Positions 48,442 through 57,825 of a stretch of DNA of 64,000 nt are shown here, in pieces (positions within the stretch are counted from its first letter, which is position 1; each line of letters opens with the position of its first letter). The notes below the pieces were generated by a model. It was not told the DNA's origin and ran no database searches. It saw only the letters and a program-made list of their open reading frames with translations. The position numbers and the translations under genes are program-made. The DNA comes from Dehalococcoidia bacterium (lineage in GTDB: Bacteria > Chloroflexota > Dehalococcoidia > Bin125), in assembly GCA_963663895.2 (NCBI GenBank), contig CAXXRD010000003.1:64001-128000 (forward strand), read 5' to 3'.

Positions 48442-48807
48442 ATGGCTGATGATCGTGCATTTGCCGTGCAGGCGCCGCCCGAGGTGATCTGGCGATTACT
48501 ACGCCAAGAGGCGCAGGAGGGGGTGGAAAGTGGGCGGGCGAGAATTCTGCATCAGGAGGCGCCGCGCCGCATGGTGCTAACGGTCCAAATGGGGTGGGGA
48601 CTACAGATCGAGTACGAGTACGGGATCGCAGTGAAGGAAGACCATACCGAGGTGTCGTGTCGGGTACGGCCGCACGGACTGCGGCACCGGATGGCAAACC
48701 TGATCTCGTTCGGACGGGGGACGACGCCGTACCAACTCGCGTTGGCACAAGGATTGGCGAATCTGAAGCAGGAGGCAGAGAAGCTCGCGGCAAAGCCATC
48801 GGGCTGA
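48442..48807 (+). CDS. SRPBCC/START-like protein
   Basis: VQAPPEVIWRLL N-terminus and GLANLKQEAE C-terminal helix. Confidence 0.6.
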   Translation: MADDRAFAVQAPPEVIWRLLRQEAQEGVESGRARILHQEAPRRMVLTVQMGWGLQIEYEYGIAVKEDHTEVSCRVRPHGLRHRMANLISFGRGTTPYQLALAQGLANLKQEAEKLAAKPSG

Positions 48808-48853
48808 AACTGAGCGGGGCCGGCAGGGTTCGCAAGCGGTGTAGTCTTGGATC

Positions 48854-49984
48854 ATGGCCGCTGATGGGGCACGCGAGAGACTCAACCAAGCGCGCGTCGT
48901 CCCCTTGCGGCTCGTCAGTCAACCGCGTCCGTCATCTCGATCGCTCGCGGCACTCCTCAGCGAGCTGACCGCGGCCGGCGAGTTGGCCGAGGAGCTGCCC
49001 AAGAGCCGGTTGCGCTGCGTGGCCTGCGGACACCGCTGCCTGATCCCGCCCGGTGCGGTTGGCGTGTGCAAGGTGCGCTTCAACCAAGACGGCATGCTGC
49101 GAGTCCCTTTCGGCTACGTCGGCGCGTTACAGGTCGACCCGGTAGAGAAGAAGCCTTTCTTTCATTTTCTGCCTGGATCGACGGCGCTTTCGTTTGGCAT
49201 GCTGGGCTGCGACTTCCACTGTGGGTACTGTCAGAACTGGGTGACCTCGCAGGCGCTACGCGACCCGCAGGCACAGAGCTCCGCGATGCCGGTAAGTGCC
49301 GGACAGCTTGCGCGGTTGGCGCGAGAGCGGGGCAGCCAGCTCGTCGTGAGCACCTATAACGAGCCACTCATCACCTCGGAATGGGCAGTAGCGATCTTTC
49401 GAGAGGCGCGGGCCTTGGGACTGCGAACGGCCTATGTCTCCAATGGCAATGCGACCCCGGAAGTCCTCGACTACATCCGACCGTACGTCGATGCATACAA
49501 GGTTGATCTGAAGGCCATGCGTGACCGGTCGTATCGCAAGCTGGGCGGACTCTTGGAGCATGTGCGCTGGACAATCCGGGCCGTGCACGAGCGTGGATTC
49601 TGGCTGGAGGTTGTGACCCTCATCGTGCCGGGCTTTAACGACAGCGACGAAGAGCTGCGGGACGCGGCGGAATTCCTCGCGGGCGTGTCGCCGGAGATTC
49701 CCTGGCACGTGACTGCGTTCCATCCGGACTACAAAATGCTGGGGCCTGAACGAACGCCGGTAGACACCTTGCGGCGCGCGCAGCGGATCGGCCGGGACGC
49801 TGGCCTGCAGTACGTCTACTCCGGGAACCTACCGGGGCAAGTGGGCGAGACGGAGCACACCCGCTGTCCGCGGTGTGCCTCGACAGTCATTCAACGATAC
49901 GGGTTCCAAGTGATCGAACGGCGACTCATGGCGGACGGCGCCTGTCCAGACTGCGGCGCTGTGCTACCGGGGATCTGGTCCTAG
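48854..49984 (+). CDS. amrS: AmmeMemoRadiSam system radical SAM enzyme
   Basis: CVACGHRC...GVCKVR, DPVEKKP, CDFHCGYCQNW, TYNEP, YVYSGN, terminal CxxC pairs. Confidence 0.9.
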   Translation: MAADGARERLNQARVVPLRLVSQPRPSSRSLAALLSELTAAGELAEELPKSRLRCVACGHRCLIPPGAVGVCKVRFNQDGMLRVPFGYVGALQVDPVEKKPFFHFLPGSTALSFGMLGCDFHCGYCQNWVTSQALRDPQAQSSAMPVSAGQLARLARERGSQLVVSTYNEPLITSEWAVAIFREARALGLRTAYVSNGNATPEVLDYIRPYVDAYKVDLKAMRDRSYRKLGGLLEHVRWTIRAVHERGFWLEVVTLIVPGFNDSDEELRDAAEFLAGVSPEIPWHVTAFHPDYKMLGPERTPVDTLRRAQRIGRDAGLQYVYSGNLPGQVGETEHTRCPRCASTVIQRYGFQVIERRLMADGACPDCGAVLPGIWS

Positions 49985-50032
49985 CTACCCTAGCGTCTGT
50001 CCGATCTGCGTGAGGACGCTTCGAGGCGGCCG

Positions 50033-50419
50033 CTAGTGGCGCCGGAAAGCACGGATCGTGCGCGTGATCCAGAAGACCGTCCAGCCTGCGAGAAGCAGCG
50101 AGGCGATCGTGATGCGCGTGCTGTCCACAACCTGATGGACTCGGAATTCGGTAGCAGTGACCTCGAGCGTCGCGACGGGACGAGCCTGGGCGCCCCCGCC
50201 CCCGCCGCCCCCGCCGCTGCGGTCCTCATCCGGTGCATCGCCCCAACCTCCGCCGAAGCCGTAGCCAGTCGAGACGGAGGCAAGGGGAACGATCAGCCGG
50301 CCTTCCACCTGCTGCACTGGTCCTACGACCGCGTCGGCGCTGGCGACTCCCGCCAGTCGCGAGACATGACGGCCGATCTTGCCGACGTGGTCAGTGTCCT
50401 GGTCCACCTCTTGCGTCAT
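50033..50419 (-). CDS. YtfJ/GerW-family protein
   Basis: IVPLASVSTGYGFGGG...GGGGGGG.ARPVA. Confidence 0.85.
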   Translation of the reverse strand: MTQEVDQDTDHVGKIGRHVSRLAGVASADAVVGPVQQVEGRLIVPLASVSTGYGFGGGWGDAPDEDRSGGGGGGGGAQARPVATLEVTATEFRVHQVVDSTRITIASLLLAGWTVFWITRTIRAFRRH

Positions 50420-50422
50420 CGC

Positions 50423-50713
50423 TCAGTCCTTTCTGGGAGAGAAGTGGCAGGCGACCCAGGCAACGATGATCCCAGCCAACACAAGCGCCAACGTCGCGCG
50501 GCCTGTGATGTCGCCTACGACTGCACGCACCACACGACCGTCGGAATAGTGCACGATCGCGCTCTGAGGACGAAGAATGCGGCACGCTCCCCAGGGCGCT
50601 TCGCAGAATAAGCCGATCGCCGTAACGTGCACGCTACCGAGGTCGGTCTCGATAGGATCACTCTCGAAGCGGCCAAGCTCGACCGTGGTTGCAGCGGGGA
50701 GAGAGATCTTCAT
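50423..50713 (-). CDS. Hypothetical protein with C-terminal TM (YtfJ partner)
   Basis: Sits between PAP2 and ytfJ; C-terminal hydrophobic helix. Confidence 0.55.
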   Translation of the reverse strand: MKISLPAATTVELGRFESDPIETDLGSVHVTAIGLFCEAPWGACRILRPQSAIVHYSDGRVVRAVVGDITGRATLALVLAGIIVAWVACHFSPRKD

Positions 50714-50808
50714 CTCACGGATCCTGCACAAGCGTTTGCCAAGTGCAACATAAGAATGGCAGAGCCAGCCTACCACGAGGGCCGCGCCCATGACGTGCCG
50801 GCGTCCGC

Positions 50809-51519
50809 CTAGCGAAAGCCCGGAAAGGGAAAGCGCCAACCAGGGAAACGGTCGTCGCGGCTGTCAGCGGGTAGAGCCCACTGTTCAAGCACGAAGATCA
50901 AGGGGATGCCGATCACGGCCGTCCAAACAAAGCCCCCGAAGGTGTCCGATGGCCAATGCACGCCCGCCGAGATCGAAGCCCAGGGTTGGAGAAGGCCCAC
51001 ACCAGCACCCCAGGCCGCGATCGGAGCGCGCAGCCAGAGCGGTCCCGGGATGCGCCAGCAAAGATAAACGACCACGACGCCGACCATCATGCTGCTCATG
51101 ACGTGGCCGCTGGGAAAGCTTGGGGAATCGAAGCTGCCGTGCTGCTCAAGGAACAGAATCGAGGTACGAGGCCGGTCGACGAGCAGCTTGATCCCGTGCT
51201 GGAGGCCGAATCCAATTGCAAAGCAGCCGCTAACGAGGGCAGTGCGGCGGCGTCCGAGCGCAAGGAGAACAATCACGGCGAGGATGAGCGTGATCGCAGA
51301 GGCCGGTGTGGAGCCGACGTCGCGCAAGAACTGGGAGAGCGCGCGACCAGGGAGATCATTCGCTTGAATCCACCGGCCGACGGCAGCATCGCCGGGAAAG
51401 CGGTCGTCGATAGCCGCCCACACCGACAGCGCGATCGCGCCGCTGAGCAGTGCCAGCCAGATGGCGGCGAGCCAGGTGCCACCGCCCAACCGGTGAACCG
51501 GACCGAAGTCGCAGCGCAT
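50809..51519 (-). CDS. PAP2-family phosphatase
   Basis: K.LVDRPR, SFPSGH, GVHWPSD. Confidence 0.85.
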   Translation of the reverse strand: MRCDFGPVHRLGGGTWLAAIWLALLSGAIALSVWAAIDDRFPGDAAVGRWIQANDLPGRALSQFLRDVGSTPASAITLILAVIVLLALGRRRTALVSGCFAIGFGLQHGIKLLVDRPRTSILFLEQHGSFDSPSFPSGHVMSSMMVGVVVVYLCWRIPGPLWLRAPIAAWGAGVGLLQPWASISAGVHWPSDTFGGFVWTAVIGIPLIFVLEQWALPADSRDDRFPGWRFPFPGFR

Positions 51520-51605
51520 CTCCGCATCCTATCGTCAGCTGGCTTCCCCGGAGGCGGCCGCGGCGCAAGGCGATATGCTGGAGGCGCGGGGGTACGCTGA
51601 AGCCA

Positions 51606-53465
51606 ATGCCGCGCACTACCCGCCATCTTGCCTCCAATCCCCCAGCGTCCCGGCGGACACCCTTGGCTCAGCGGATAAGCCGGCGGGCGCTGCTGCGTGC
51701 GTCCGCGGTTGCCACAGTCGGCGCGGCAGCGCTGGGCTTAGTAAGTTGCGGCGATGAGGACGGCGGCGAAGACAAAGGCGAAGCGGTACATGATCACGAG
51801 CCGCCCATAGCGATCGATACGGAGCTGGCAAGGACGCCGGCGCCGGCACGCGTGCTCGCGCCACCACGCCCGTCCGAAGGAGAACCGGAGCGAGGCGGAA
51901 CGCTACGCATGCATGCCGCACTCGATCTCCTGGACTCCTTCGACATCCATCGTTCGCGATTCCCGACTACGCAACTGTTCTCAGCGCTGCAGCAAAGCAA
52001 GCTGTTGCGCTATGTGGACATCAACGCAGGGCTGCTGGAGCCAGACCTCGCCGCGATCCCGGAGCTGCCGGACGAAACGACATATGTGATCGAGCTGCAG
52101 CCAGAGACACGTTGGTGGAATCGCAGTCCAACGCGCGGTCGCGCCTGCACGGCCGACGACGTTCGGGCCAACTTCGCGCGGCAGATCGCTGCTGCCGACG
52201 CGTCCGGAGCGCCCGATCCGCTATTCCAGCGTCAAGCCCAATACCGCACGATCGCGCGGATGGACGTCGTTGATGAGCGAACGCTGGTCATCAGCACCAC
52301 AGAGCCGGACGGGACTTTCCTAGGGACGGGACTTGCAGGCCCTTGGTCATTCATCCAAGCGCCGGAAGTGTGGGAACAGGGCGGGGACGCCCTGCGAAAC
52401 CAGCCGCTCCGCGCCTCTACCTACAGTGGTACGGGAGCGTTCCAAATAGACGCCTTCACCGCCGAGCGAGTGATGGCGTTCAAGCGCAATCCTCGCTACT
52501 TCCGAGTTGGCCTCCCATGGTTGGACACGATCGAATTGCGGCACATGATCGACCCGGCGGCGCAGGCGAACGCCTATTGGGACGGTGTTCTCGACCTCTG
52601 GACGCCGGCGGATCCGTTACAACTCGAGCCGTTGTTGCCGGATCTCCCAACCCATCGGATCGGAGAACGGTTCCTGCCGTTCACCATTCAACTCGCATTC
52701 TCGTTCTCGCAGGGATCGGCGCTGAATCCCTTCCGTGACCACAGAGTGGCGCGGGCCGTGCACCTCGCCTTGGACCGCCCGGCGATCTTGGCGCTTGCGT
52801 ACGGGGACTTCGGGCGCATCTGCGGTCCGGTCCCGCCCTTCGCGCTCGGCTGGGCGATGGAAGAGGAAGCACTCGCGGGAACACCAGGCTACCGACAGGA
52901 GAAGAGCGAGGACATCGCAGAAGCGCGCGCGCTGCTCAGCGCAGCAGCGTTCACGGGAGCCGTGCCCATCGCGGTACCGGACGTGTTCGAAGCGACCCAC
53001 CCAGGCGTCAGCGCGCTAGTCGCCGAGACTCTCACAGCCAATTTGGGACTGCCGGTGGAGGTGTCGATACTGGAGTACAGCGTGATCCTGACCGGCATGC
53101 GGGAGGGGAACCCGCCGGCAAGTCTGGGATGGGGTGAGCCGCCGATCGATGCGGACCCGACGGCAGACCTGCTGCGATCGATACATACGGCCGGGCCGGA
53201 TAACCGGGGGAGGCTGCAAGATCCGGCGATCGATGTGGGAATCGAGCGAATGCGGACCACGTTGGAACGTGAGGAGCGGCAACGGATCTTCCGTGAGGCG
53301 GTGCAGCCCCTGCTACTGGATCGCCCGTCTTGGCTGGTGAACGTCGGGATCGGCGTTCAGCGGACGATCAGCCGGCCGTCGATCCACCTACCGCGCTTCG
53401 GCTACGGCTGGGATGGTCACCATTTCGAACGGGCCTGGATCGAGGGAGCCGCAGCGCCCGAGTAG
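51606..53465 (+). CDS. ABC family-5 solute-binding lipoprotein (Tat), paralog of 20220-22235
   Basis: ISRRALLR plus LVSC; shared HRSR, DPLF.RQA.Y, GPW, GHHFERAW segments. Confidence 0.88.
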   Translation: MPRTTRHLASNPPASRRTPLAQRISRRALLRASAVATVGAAALGLVSCGDEDGGEDKGEAVHDHEPPIAIDTELARTPAPARVLAPPRPSEGEPERGGTLRMHAALDLLDSFDIHRSRFPTTQLFSALQQSKLLRYVDINAGLLEPDLAAIPELPDETTYVIELQPETRWWNRSPTRGRACTADDVRANFARQIAAADASGAPDPLFQRQAQYRTIARMDVVDERTLVISTTEPDGTFLGTGLAGPWSFIQAPEVWEQGGDALRNQPLRASTYSGTGAFQIDAFTAERVMAFKRNPRYFRVGLPWLDTIELRHMIDPAAQANAYWDGVLDLWTPADPLQLEPLLPDLPTHRIGERFLPFTIQLAFSFSQGSALNPFRDHRVARAVHLALDRPAILALAYGDFGRICGPVPPFALGWAMEEEALAGTPGYRQEKSEDIAEARALLSAAAFTGAVPIAVPDVFEATHPGVSALVAETLTANLGLPVEVSILEYSVILTGMREGNPPASLGWGEPPIDADPTADLLRSIHTAGPDNRGRLQDPAIDVGIERMRTTLEREERQRIFREAVQPLLLDRPSWLVNVGIGVQRTISRPSIHLPRFGYGWDGHHFERAWIEGAAAPE

Positions 53466-53519
53466 CGGTCGTCTACATGCCGCTACGAGCGCCCTCGCCG
53501 CGTGGCAGAGGAGTATTGC

Positions 53520-54686
53520 TTAGGCACCCATCACCGCGTCGGCTACGGCACGACCGAGGCCCTCTTCAAAGATCGACGGGATGATGCGGTCGGGAGTGGG
53601 ATCGCCCACGAACACGGCGATCGCCTCGGCGGCGGCGAGCTTATGCGCATCGGTGACCTTGGAAATCTTGCCGTCCAGTAGCCCACGAAAGATGCCCGGG
53701 AAGGCAAGCGCGTTATTGATCTGGTTGGGGAAGTCGGACCGGCCCGTTGCAATGACCGCCGCGCCGGCTTCCGCGGCGAGGGCCGGCATGATCTCCGGCG
53801 TGGGATTGGCCATCGGGAAGACAAGGGCGTCGCGATTCATAGTAGCGATCATCGCGGGAGTGACGAGGCCGGGACCACTCAGTCCGATATAGAGATCCGT
53901 ACCAGGAAGGATATCCGCGACCTGAGGAAGCGACCCGTCCGGATTGAGACTGCGACCACTCCAGCCGGCGACTTCACGCTTATACGGATTGATGTCCTCA
54001 CGCTCGGGTGTGATCAAGCCCTTGCTGTCGATGAGCGCTATCTCCTGCACGCCGTAGGAGTGCAGAAGTTGCGCCACAGCGATCCCGCTCGCCCCGGCCC
54101 CAGTGATAACGGTGCGGGTGCCAGCAGGCTCGCGGTTCGTGAGCTTGAGCGCGTTGATCACGGCAGCCAGCGCCACGACGGCGGTGCCGTGCTGATCATC
54201 GTGCATGATGGGAATGGCGACACGCTCTTGAAGCTTGCGCTCCACTTCGAAGCAACGCGGCGCGGAGATGTCCTCGAGGTTGACGCCGCCAAGTGAAGGC
54301 GCGATAGCAGCGACCGCGTCGACGATTTGGTCGGCCTCGTGGACGTCGAGCGCGATGGGGATGGCGTCGACGCCGGCGAACTCCTTGAAGAGGACGCACT
54401 TCCCTTCCATGACGGGAAGCGCTGCAGTAGGGCCGATGTTGCCGAGGCCAAGGACGGCACTGCCGTCGGTGACAACGGCGACGAGATTACCGCGGCCGGT
54501 CAGCTCCCAGACTAGCTCGGGGTGTTTGTTGATCTCCACGCACGGCGCGGCCACACCCGGCGTGTACACGACGCTGAGATCGTGCTGATTGCTTACGGCA
54601 GGACGGCTGCGATAGTCGATCTTACCCCGCCAGCGGCGGTGTGCATCGATCGCCTCTTGGTCGTACCTCGCGGCATCTACGTTCAT
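53520..54686 (-). CDS. NAD(P)-dependent malic enzyme
   Basis: YTPGVA, PVMEGK, NLEDI, HDDQHGTA, GAGASG, NQINNALAFPG. Confidence 0.93.
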   Translation of the reverse strand: MNVDAARYDQEAIDAHRRWRGKIDYRSRPAVSNQHDLSVVYTPGVAAPCVEINKHPELVWELTGRGNLVAVVTDGSAVLGLGNIGPTAALPVMEGKCVLFKEFAGVDAIPIALDVHEADQIVDAVAAIAPSLGGVNLEDISAPRCFEVERKLQERVAIPIMHDDQHGTAVVALAAVINALKLTNREPAGTRTVITGAGASGIAVAQLLHSYGVQEIALIDSKGLITPEREDINPYKREVAGWSGRSLNPDGSLPQVADILPGTDLYIGLSGPGLVTPAMIATMNRDALVFPMANPTPEIMPALAAEAGAAVIATGRSDFPNQINNALAFPGIFRGLLDGKISKVTDAHKLAAAEAIAVFVGDPTPDRIIPSIFEEGLGRAVADAVMGA

Positions 54687-54901
54687 CGTTACGCCCCCTA
54701 TGCGTCCACAGACAGGCAGCGGCATTGATACCGATGCGCACTGCGAACCCCATAGGACCAGAGGACCACGACGACCGCAGGCAACAGAGGAATTATGGTA
54801 CCGCTCTCTCGGAGTAGCGCCAACGCGTCGAGCATTGTATCGCTGAGTTCCTGTGACCTCCCTCCTGTGTGGGTACTCTCATATCACTAGGAAAGGTTGT
54901 C

Positions 54902-55006
54902 ATGGCGGGACCAGGCAAGAGCGCACGGAACGGAATCAGCCTCGCGGAACTGCTCGCGATGTTCCCGGATGAGCGGATGTACCCGTCGCGCGGGCGTTGG
55001 GTATGA
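54902..55006 (+). pseudogene. Truncated IS1595-family transposase N-terminus
   Basis: AGGAAAGG SD, then PGKS.R.GISL.EL..MFPDE; stops after 34 codons, before the Zn ribbon. Confidence 0.55.
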
Positions 55007-55189
55007 GCCCTCCATTGACGGGGCGCTCGATAAAAAGCGAGGGCTGTTCAAATTCGAGCGGCTTCACCAAAGCGCGCTGCTTCTTATTCAGACGCCTTGC
55101 AGAACAGAAAGGCGTCTCCGGTCAAATCGTCCGGTGGAAGACGTGGCCACCGCCCAAGTATGGCTGCTTGGCGCTTGGGCCAATTGCCT

Positions 55190-55363
55190 TTAGGCGCGAG
55201 GAGACGGCATCTTCTTCGGCGGCGTTCGCTCCCTTTCCACGTTCTGCTGGATCGCGCGCCAGGCGAGGCCGGGCGCGTCACAGATCAGCCACGTCACCCC
55301 GACCAGTACCATCGTTATGAGGGTGAAGGCGACGACCATGACTTTGCTGCTGGAGATGTTCAT
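55190..55363 (-). CDS. Small single-TM peptide (57 aa)
   Basis: MNISSSKVMVVAFTLITMVLVGVTWLIC...; below the track's length cutoff. Confidence 0.35.
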   Translation of the reverse strand: MNISSSKVMVVAFTLITMVLVGVTWLICDAPGLAWRAIQQNVERERTPPKKMPSPRA

Positions 55364-55399
55364 ATCGCCTAGCGACGCTCGCGAGTCGCAGTAGGTCCT

Positions 55400-55501
55400 T
55401 CAGGATTTCCGTGTGGGCGGCTTCTTCGGCGGCGTGAGCACTGCCTGGACCAGCCTCTCCGGCGTCGTGGGGATTCGGAGGCCGGTGGGCTTCCTCGGCA
55501 T
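55400..55501 (-). CDS. 33-aa basic peptide
   Basis: GGGAGG SD; MPRKPTGLRIPTTPERLVQAVLTPPKKPPTRKS. Confidence 0.35.
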   Translation of the reverse strand: MPRKPTGLRIPTTPERLVQAVLTPPKKPPTRKS

Positions 55502-55638
55502 GATCGCGCCTCCCTCTGTGCAACCCTACACAGCGCTCGTAAAACTGGCAACGCGAACTGGCGTTCTATCTGGCCGGGCACGCAGCTATATAATTTCCAA
55601 CGCGTCCCGCACGCCCGAGGCACGCTCGGACTCAAACG

Positions 55639-56028
55639 CTAGGATGGGTAGCTCTTCAGCTCGACGGTATGGCCATCCGGATCCGTGACGTAGACGGCGC
55701 TTCCGCTGCCACGGGCACCGTCAACCTGCGCCGGCCCGCGTATCACAGGCACATCGTGATCGTGCAGCCAAGTCACGAGATCCTCCCCCTGGAGCCCTTC
55801 GACTGCGAGACAGATGTGGTCGAGGGCCCGGCCTTGCGTACCGCTCGGAAGAAGGTCGATGAGCGATGTTCCAATTCGGACGGAAAGGAACGGGCGAGTG
55901 CCAGCGCGAAAATCGGCCTCGCGCTCCACGGAAAGCTGTAGGAGGTCACGATAGAAGCCCAGACTGCGGTCAACATCGGCGACGGGCAAGACGATGTGGT
56001 CCAGCGCAATTCCCTTGAGCACGGTCAT
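55639..56028 (-). CDS. VOC/glyoxalase family protein
   Basis: LDHIVL, LDHICL, DPDGHTVEL. Confidence 0.9.
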   Translation of the reverse strand: MTVLKGIALDHIVLPVADVDRSLGFYRDLLQLSVEREADFRAGTRPFLSVRIGTSLIDLLPSGTQGRALDHICLAVEGLQGEDLVTWLHDHDVPVIRGPAQVDGARGSGSAVYVTDPDGHTVELKSYPS

Positions 56029-56077
56029 GGCTACTCCCTGAATAAGGCCGGTTCAGTCCCAGCGATCCGCCACGGCG

Positions 56078-56530
56078 CTAGAACAGTGTGCCTTCAATGA
56101 TGCCACGATGAGCGCGCAGCACGAGCTTACCTTCCTCGCGCCGCTCGACGACCAGAGGCTTGCGACATGAGGTGCAAGGGGTCAACTCTTTGCGACGAAG
56201 CGCACCGGCGGGCGGCACGCGCGCGACGGCGGGCTTTTTGCAGTAGGGACAGGTAATTTCCCAGCGGAGGCAGGCCCGAATCAGCATCTGCTCGCTAGTA
56301 CCGCGGGAGACGACTAGGTCGTAGCGACAGTGGGGACACTGAGTAACGACGCGGCGCGGGCGGCCTTCGGGCGGAGGGACTCCAACTTGCGTGCGCCCCG
56401 AACAGTGCGGACAACGGATACGCTTCGTTTGCAGAGAGCGGGTTGGCGGGGTCGCGCCGGGAGAGGAGTTGCCTGCGATGGCGCTTGCGTCATCGGATTC
56501 GGGCTCGCGGTTCTCGTCGGGCAGAGTCAT
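56078..56530 (-). CDS. Double zinc-ribbon protein (4 CxxC)
   Basis: CPHC, CPHC, CPYC, CTSC in two repeated units. Confidence 0.7.
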   Translation of the reverse strand: MTLPDENREPESDDASAIAGNSSPGATPPTRSLQTKRIRCPHCSGRTQVGVPPPEGRPRRVVTQCPHCRYDLVVSRGTSEQMLIRACLRWEITCPYCKKPAVARVPPAGALRRKELTPCTSCRKPLVVERREEGKLVLRAHRGIIEGTLF

Positions 56531-56663
56531 AGCAGTCCCATGATCTTATCGGCTCGGTCGCTCGCAGGGTGATTGCCTAGTCCCGTGTACCACCGGCATG
56601 CACGCGAATCTCCGAAGCGCCGTTCCATGGACATCCCTCGAAAGAGGCCCGTACGATAGCCGC

Positions 56664-57548
56664 GTGAAAACGCGCATGGACGCTGTCCGCGGGCCGCTGC
56701 GCGACATCCCACCCACCTCTATCGAGGTTCGTGGCTCGCGTGGAACGCCTTACAATCCCCAAAAACCGCTACTTCTACCGGACGAACAGCTTAAGCGCGG
56801 GAAAAAATGGCCCCACCTCAGCCCCTTGGGGCGGGCGTTGGGGATCGCGCTGATAATAGTGGGAAGCGGGGTAGGAATTTTCTTCCTCGCGAGCGCCCTG
56901 ATCAGCGAGAGCAACGGAGGCGAGCCGCCAGCTGCGGACACGGCGACTGCTAGCGCGCCGGCTAGTACCGACAACGTAGTGGTGGAGGAAACACCGACGC
57001 CGGTCGAAGAGCCTGCCGGATCGGTGCGAGAGGGAGTGACGGCCGACGATGCGGCGGCCGGGGCTGCGGAAGAGGCAGCCGATCCCATCCAGGAGAGCTT
57101 GGTAGCGCCCGAGATCATTACCCCGCTCGATTTAGGGGGTGCGCCCGTACTGATCGAGCGCGGGGGCGCGACGCCCATTCCGTCCATCGAGTCCAACCCC
57201 ACCTTGTCCAACGGTAGTCCGTATGATCCGGCGGATCCGGCGCTGGCATTCTCGAGCGTATGGACGATCGGCACGGTCCTTGAGATTACGCGACTGCCGG
57301 GCGGGCCTCTCCTGAGTGCGGAGGAGGCGGCGGAACTCGTCGGGAAGACTATTCAGGTCACAGTGGTCGATACGGGTTCGTTCCCGACGGAGTTGCAACT
57401 GAGCCCGGCGGCCTACCACAACTTGGCGCTCCCGATTGAGCCGATCATCGCGCTACGAATGGAAGTCGTCGACGCGCCCGAGGGCAGCCTGGCGCCCCTC
57501 GCGGAGGGTGACGAAGAGACCGCAGCAGGGAGCACGCCGGAAGAGTAA
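56664..57548 (+). CDS. Membrane-anchored protein with acidic linker and degenerate RlpA-like barrel
   Basis: One TM; GTVLEIT...GKTIQVTVVDTG...LQLSPAAY. Confidence 0.6.
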   Translation: MKTRMDAVRGPLRDIPPTSIEVRGSRGTPYNPQKPLLLPDEQLKRGKKWPHLSPLGRALGIALIIVGSGVGIFFLASALISESNGGEPPAADTATASAPASTDNVVVEETPTPVEEPAGSVREGVTADDAAAGAAEEAADPIQESLVAPEIITPLDLGGAPVLIERGGATPIPSIESNPTLSNGSPYDPADPALAFSSVWTIGTVLEITRLPGGPLLSAEEAAELVGKTIQVTVVDTGSFPTELQLSPAAYHNLALPIEPIIALRMEVVDAPEGSLAPLAEGDEETAAGSTPEE

Positions 57549-57585
57549 CGCTGGACGAAGCCACGACAGCGGGGGACCGCAAAGA

Positions 57586-57608
57586 AGGCCGGGGATCCAC
57601 CCCGGCCT
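57586..57608 (-). terminator. Intrinsic terminator
   Basis: AGGCCGGGG-N5-CCCCGGCCT; TCTTT follows on the minus strand. Confidence 0.65.
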
Positions 57609-57633
57609 GTTCAGTGGCAGGCGCAGCGCGCTG

Positions 57634-57825
57634 CTAGCTCCGCCGCCTGCGGCCAAAGGGGACGCGCAGCTCCTCCCCGTAGTTCATAAAGCGCTTACTC
57701 ATGCCACACTTGACGCAGGTCCCACGGGAGTACTGGGCATCCGGGCGGGTAAGCTGCCAGTGGTGTGTGCAATTCCGTCTCATGGTACGCAGGGACACGC
57801 CCTCAGTTGCCGACCGCTGTGCCAA
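57634..57825 (-). CDS. Small CxHHW...CxxC zinc-binding protein (paralog of 40068)
   Basis: CTHHW...CVKCGMSKRFMN; TTG start 7 nt after GAAGGAG. Confidence 0.72.
   Translation of the reverse strand: MAQRSATEGVSLRTMRRNCTHHWQLTRPDAQYSRGTCVKCGMSKRFMNYGEELRVPFGRRRRS

Larger units (their letters stand above)
54789..55598. mobile_element. Degenerate IS1595-like remnant
   Basis: Fragment MAGPGKSARNGISLAELLAMFPDE (54902-55006) resembles an IS1595 transposase N-terminus; end-like motifs GGAATTAT (54789) and ATATAATTTCC (to 55598); no clear TSD. Confidence 0.45.

Noticed and set aside
50033-50419. YtfJ/GerW as evidence of sporulation
   Set aside because: The family is widespread in non-sporulating bacteria and archaea, and no other sporulation genes are present.
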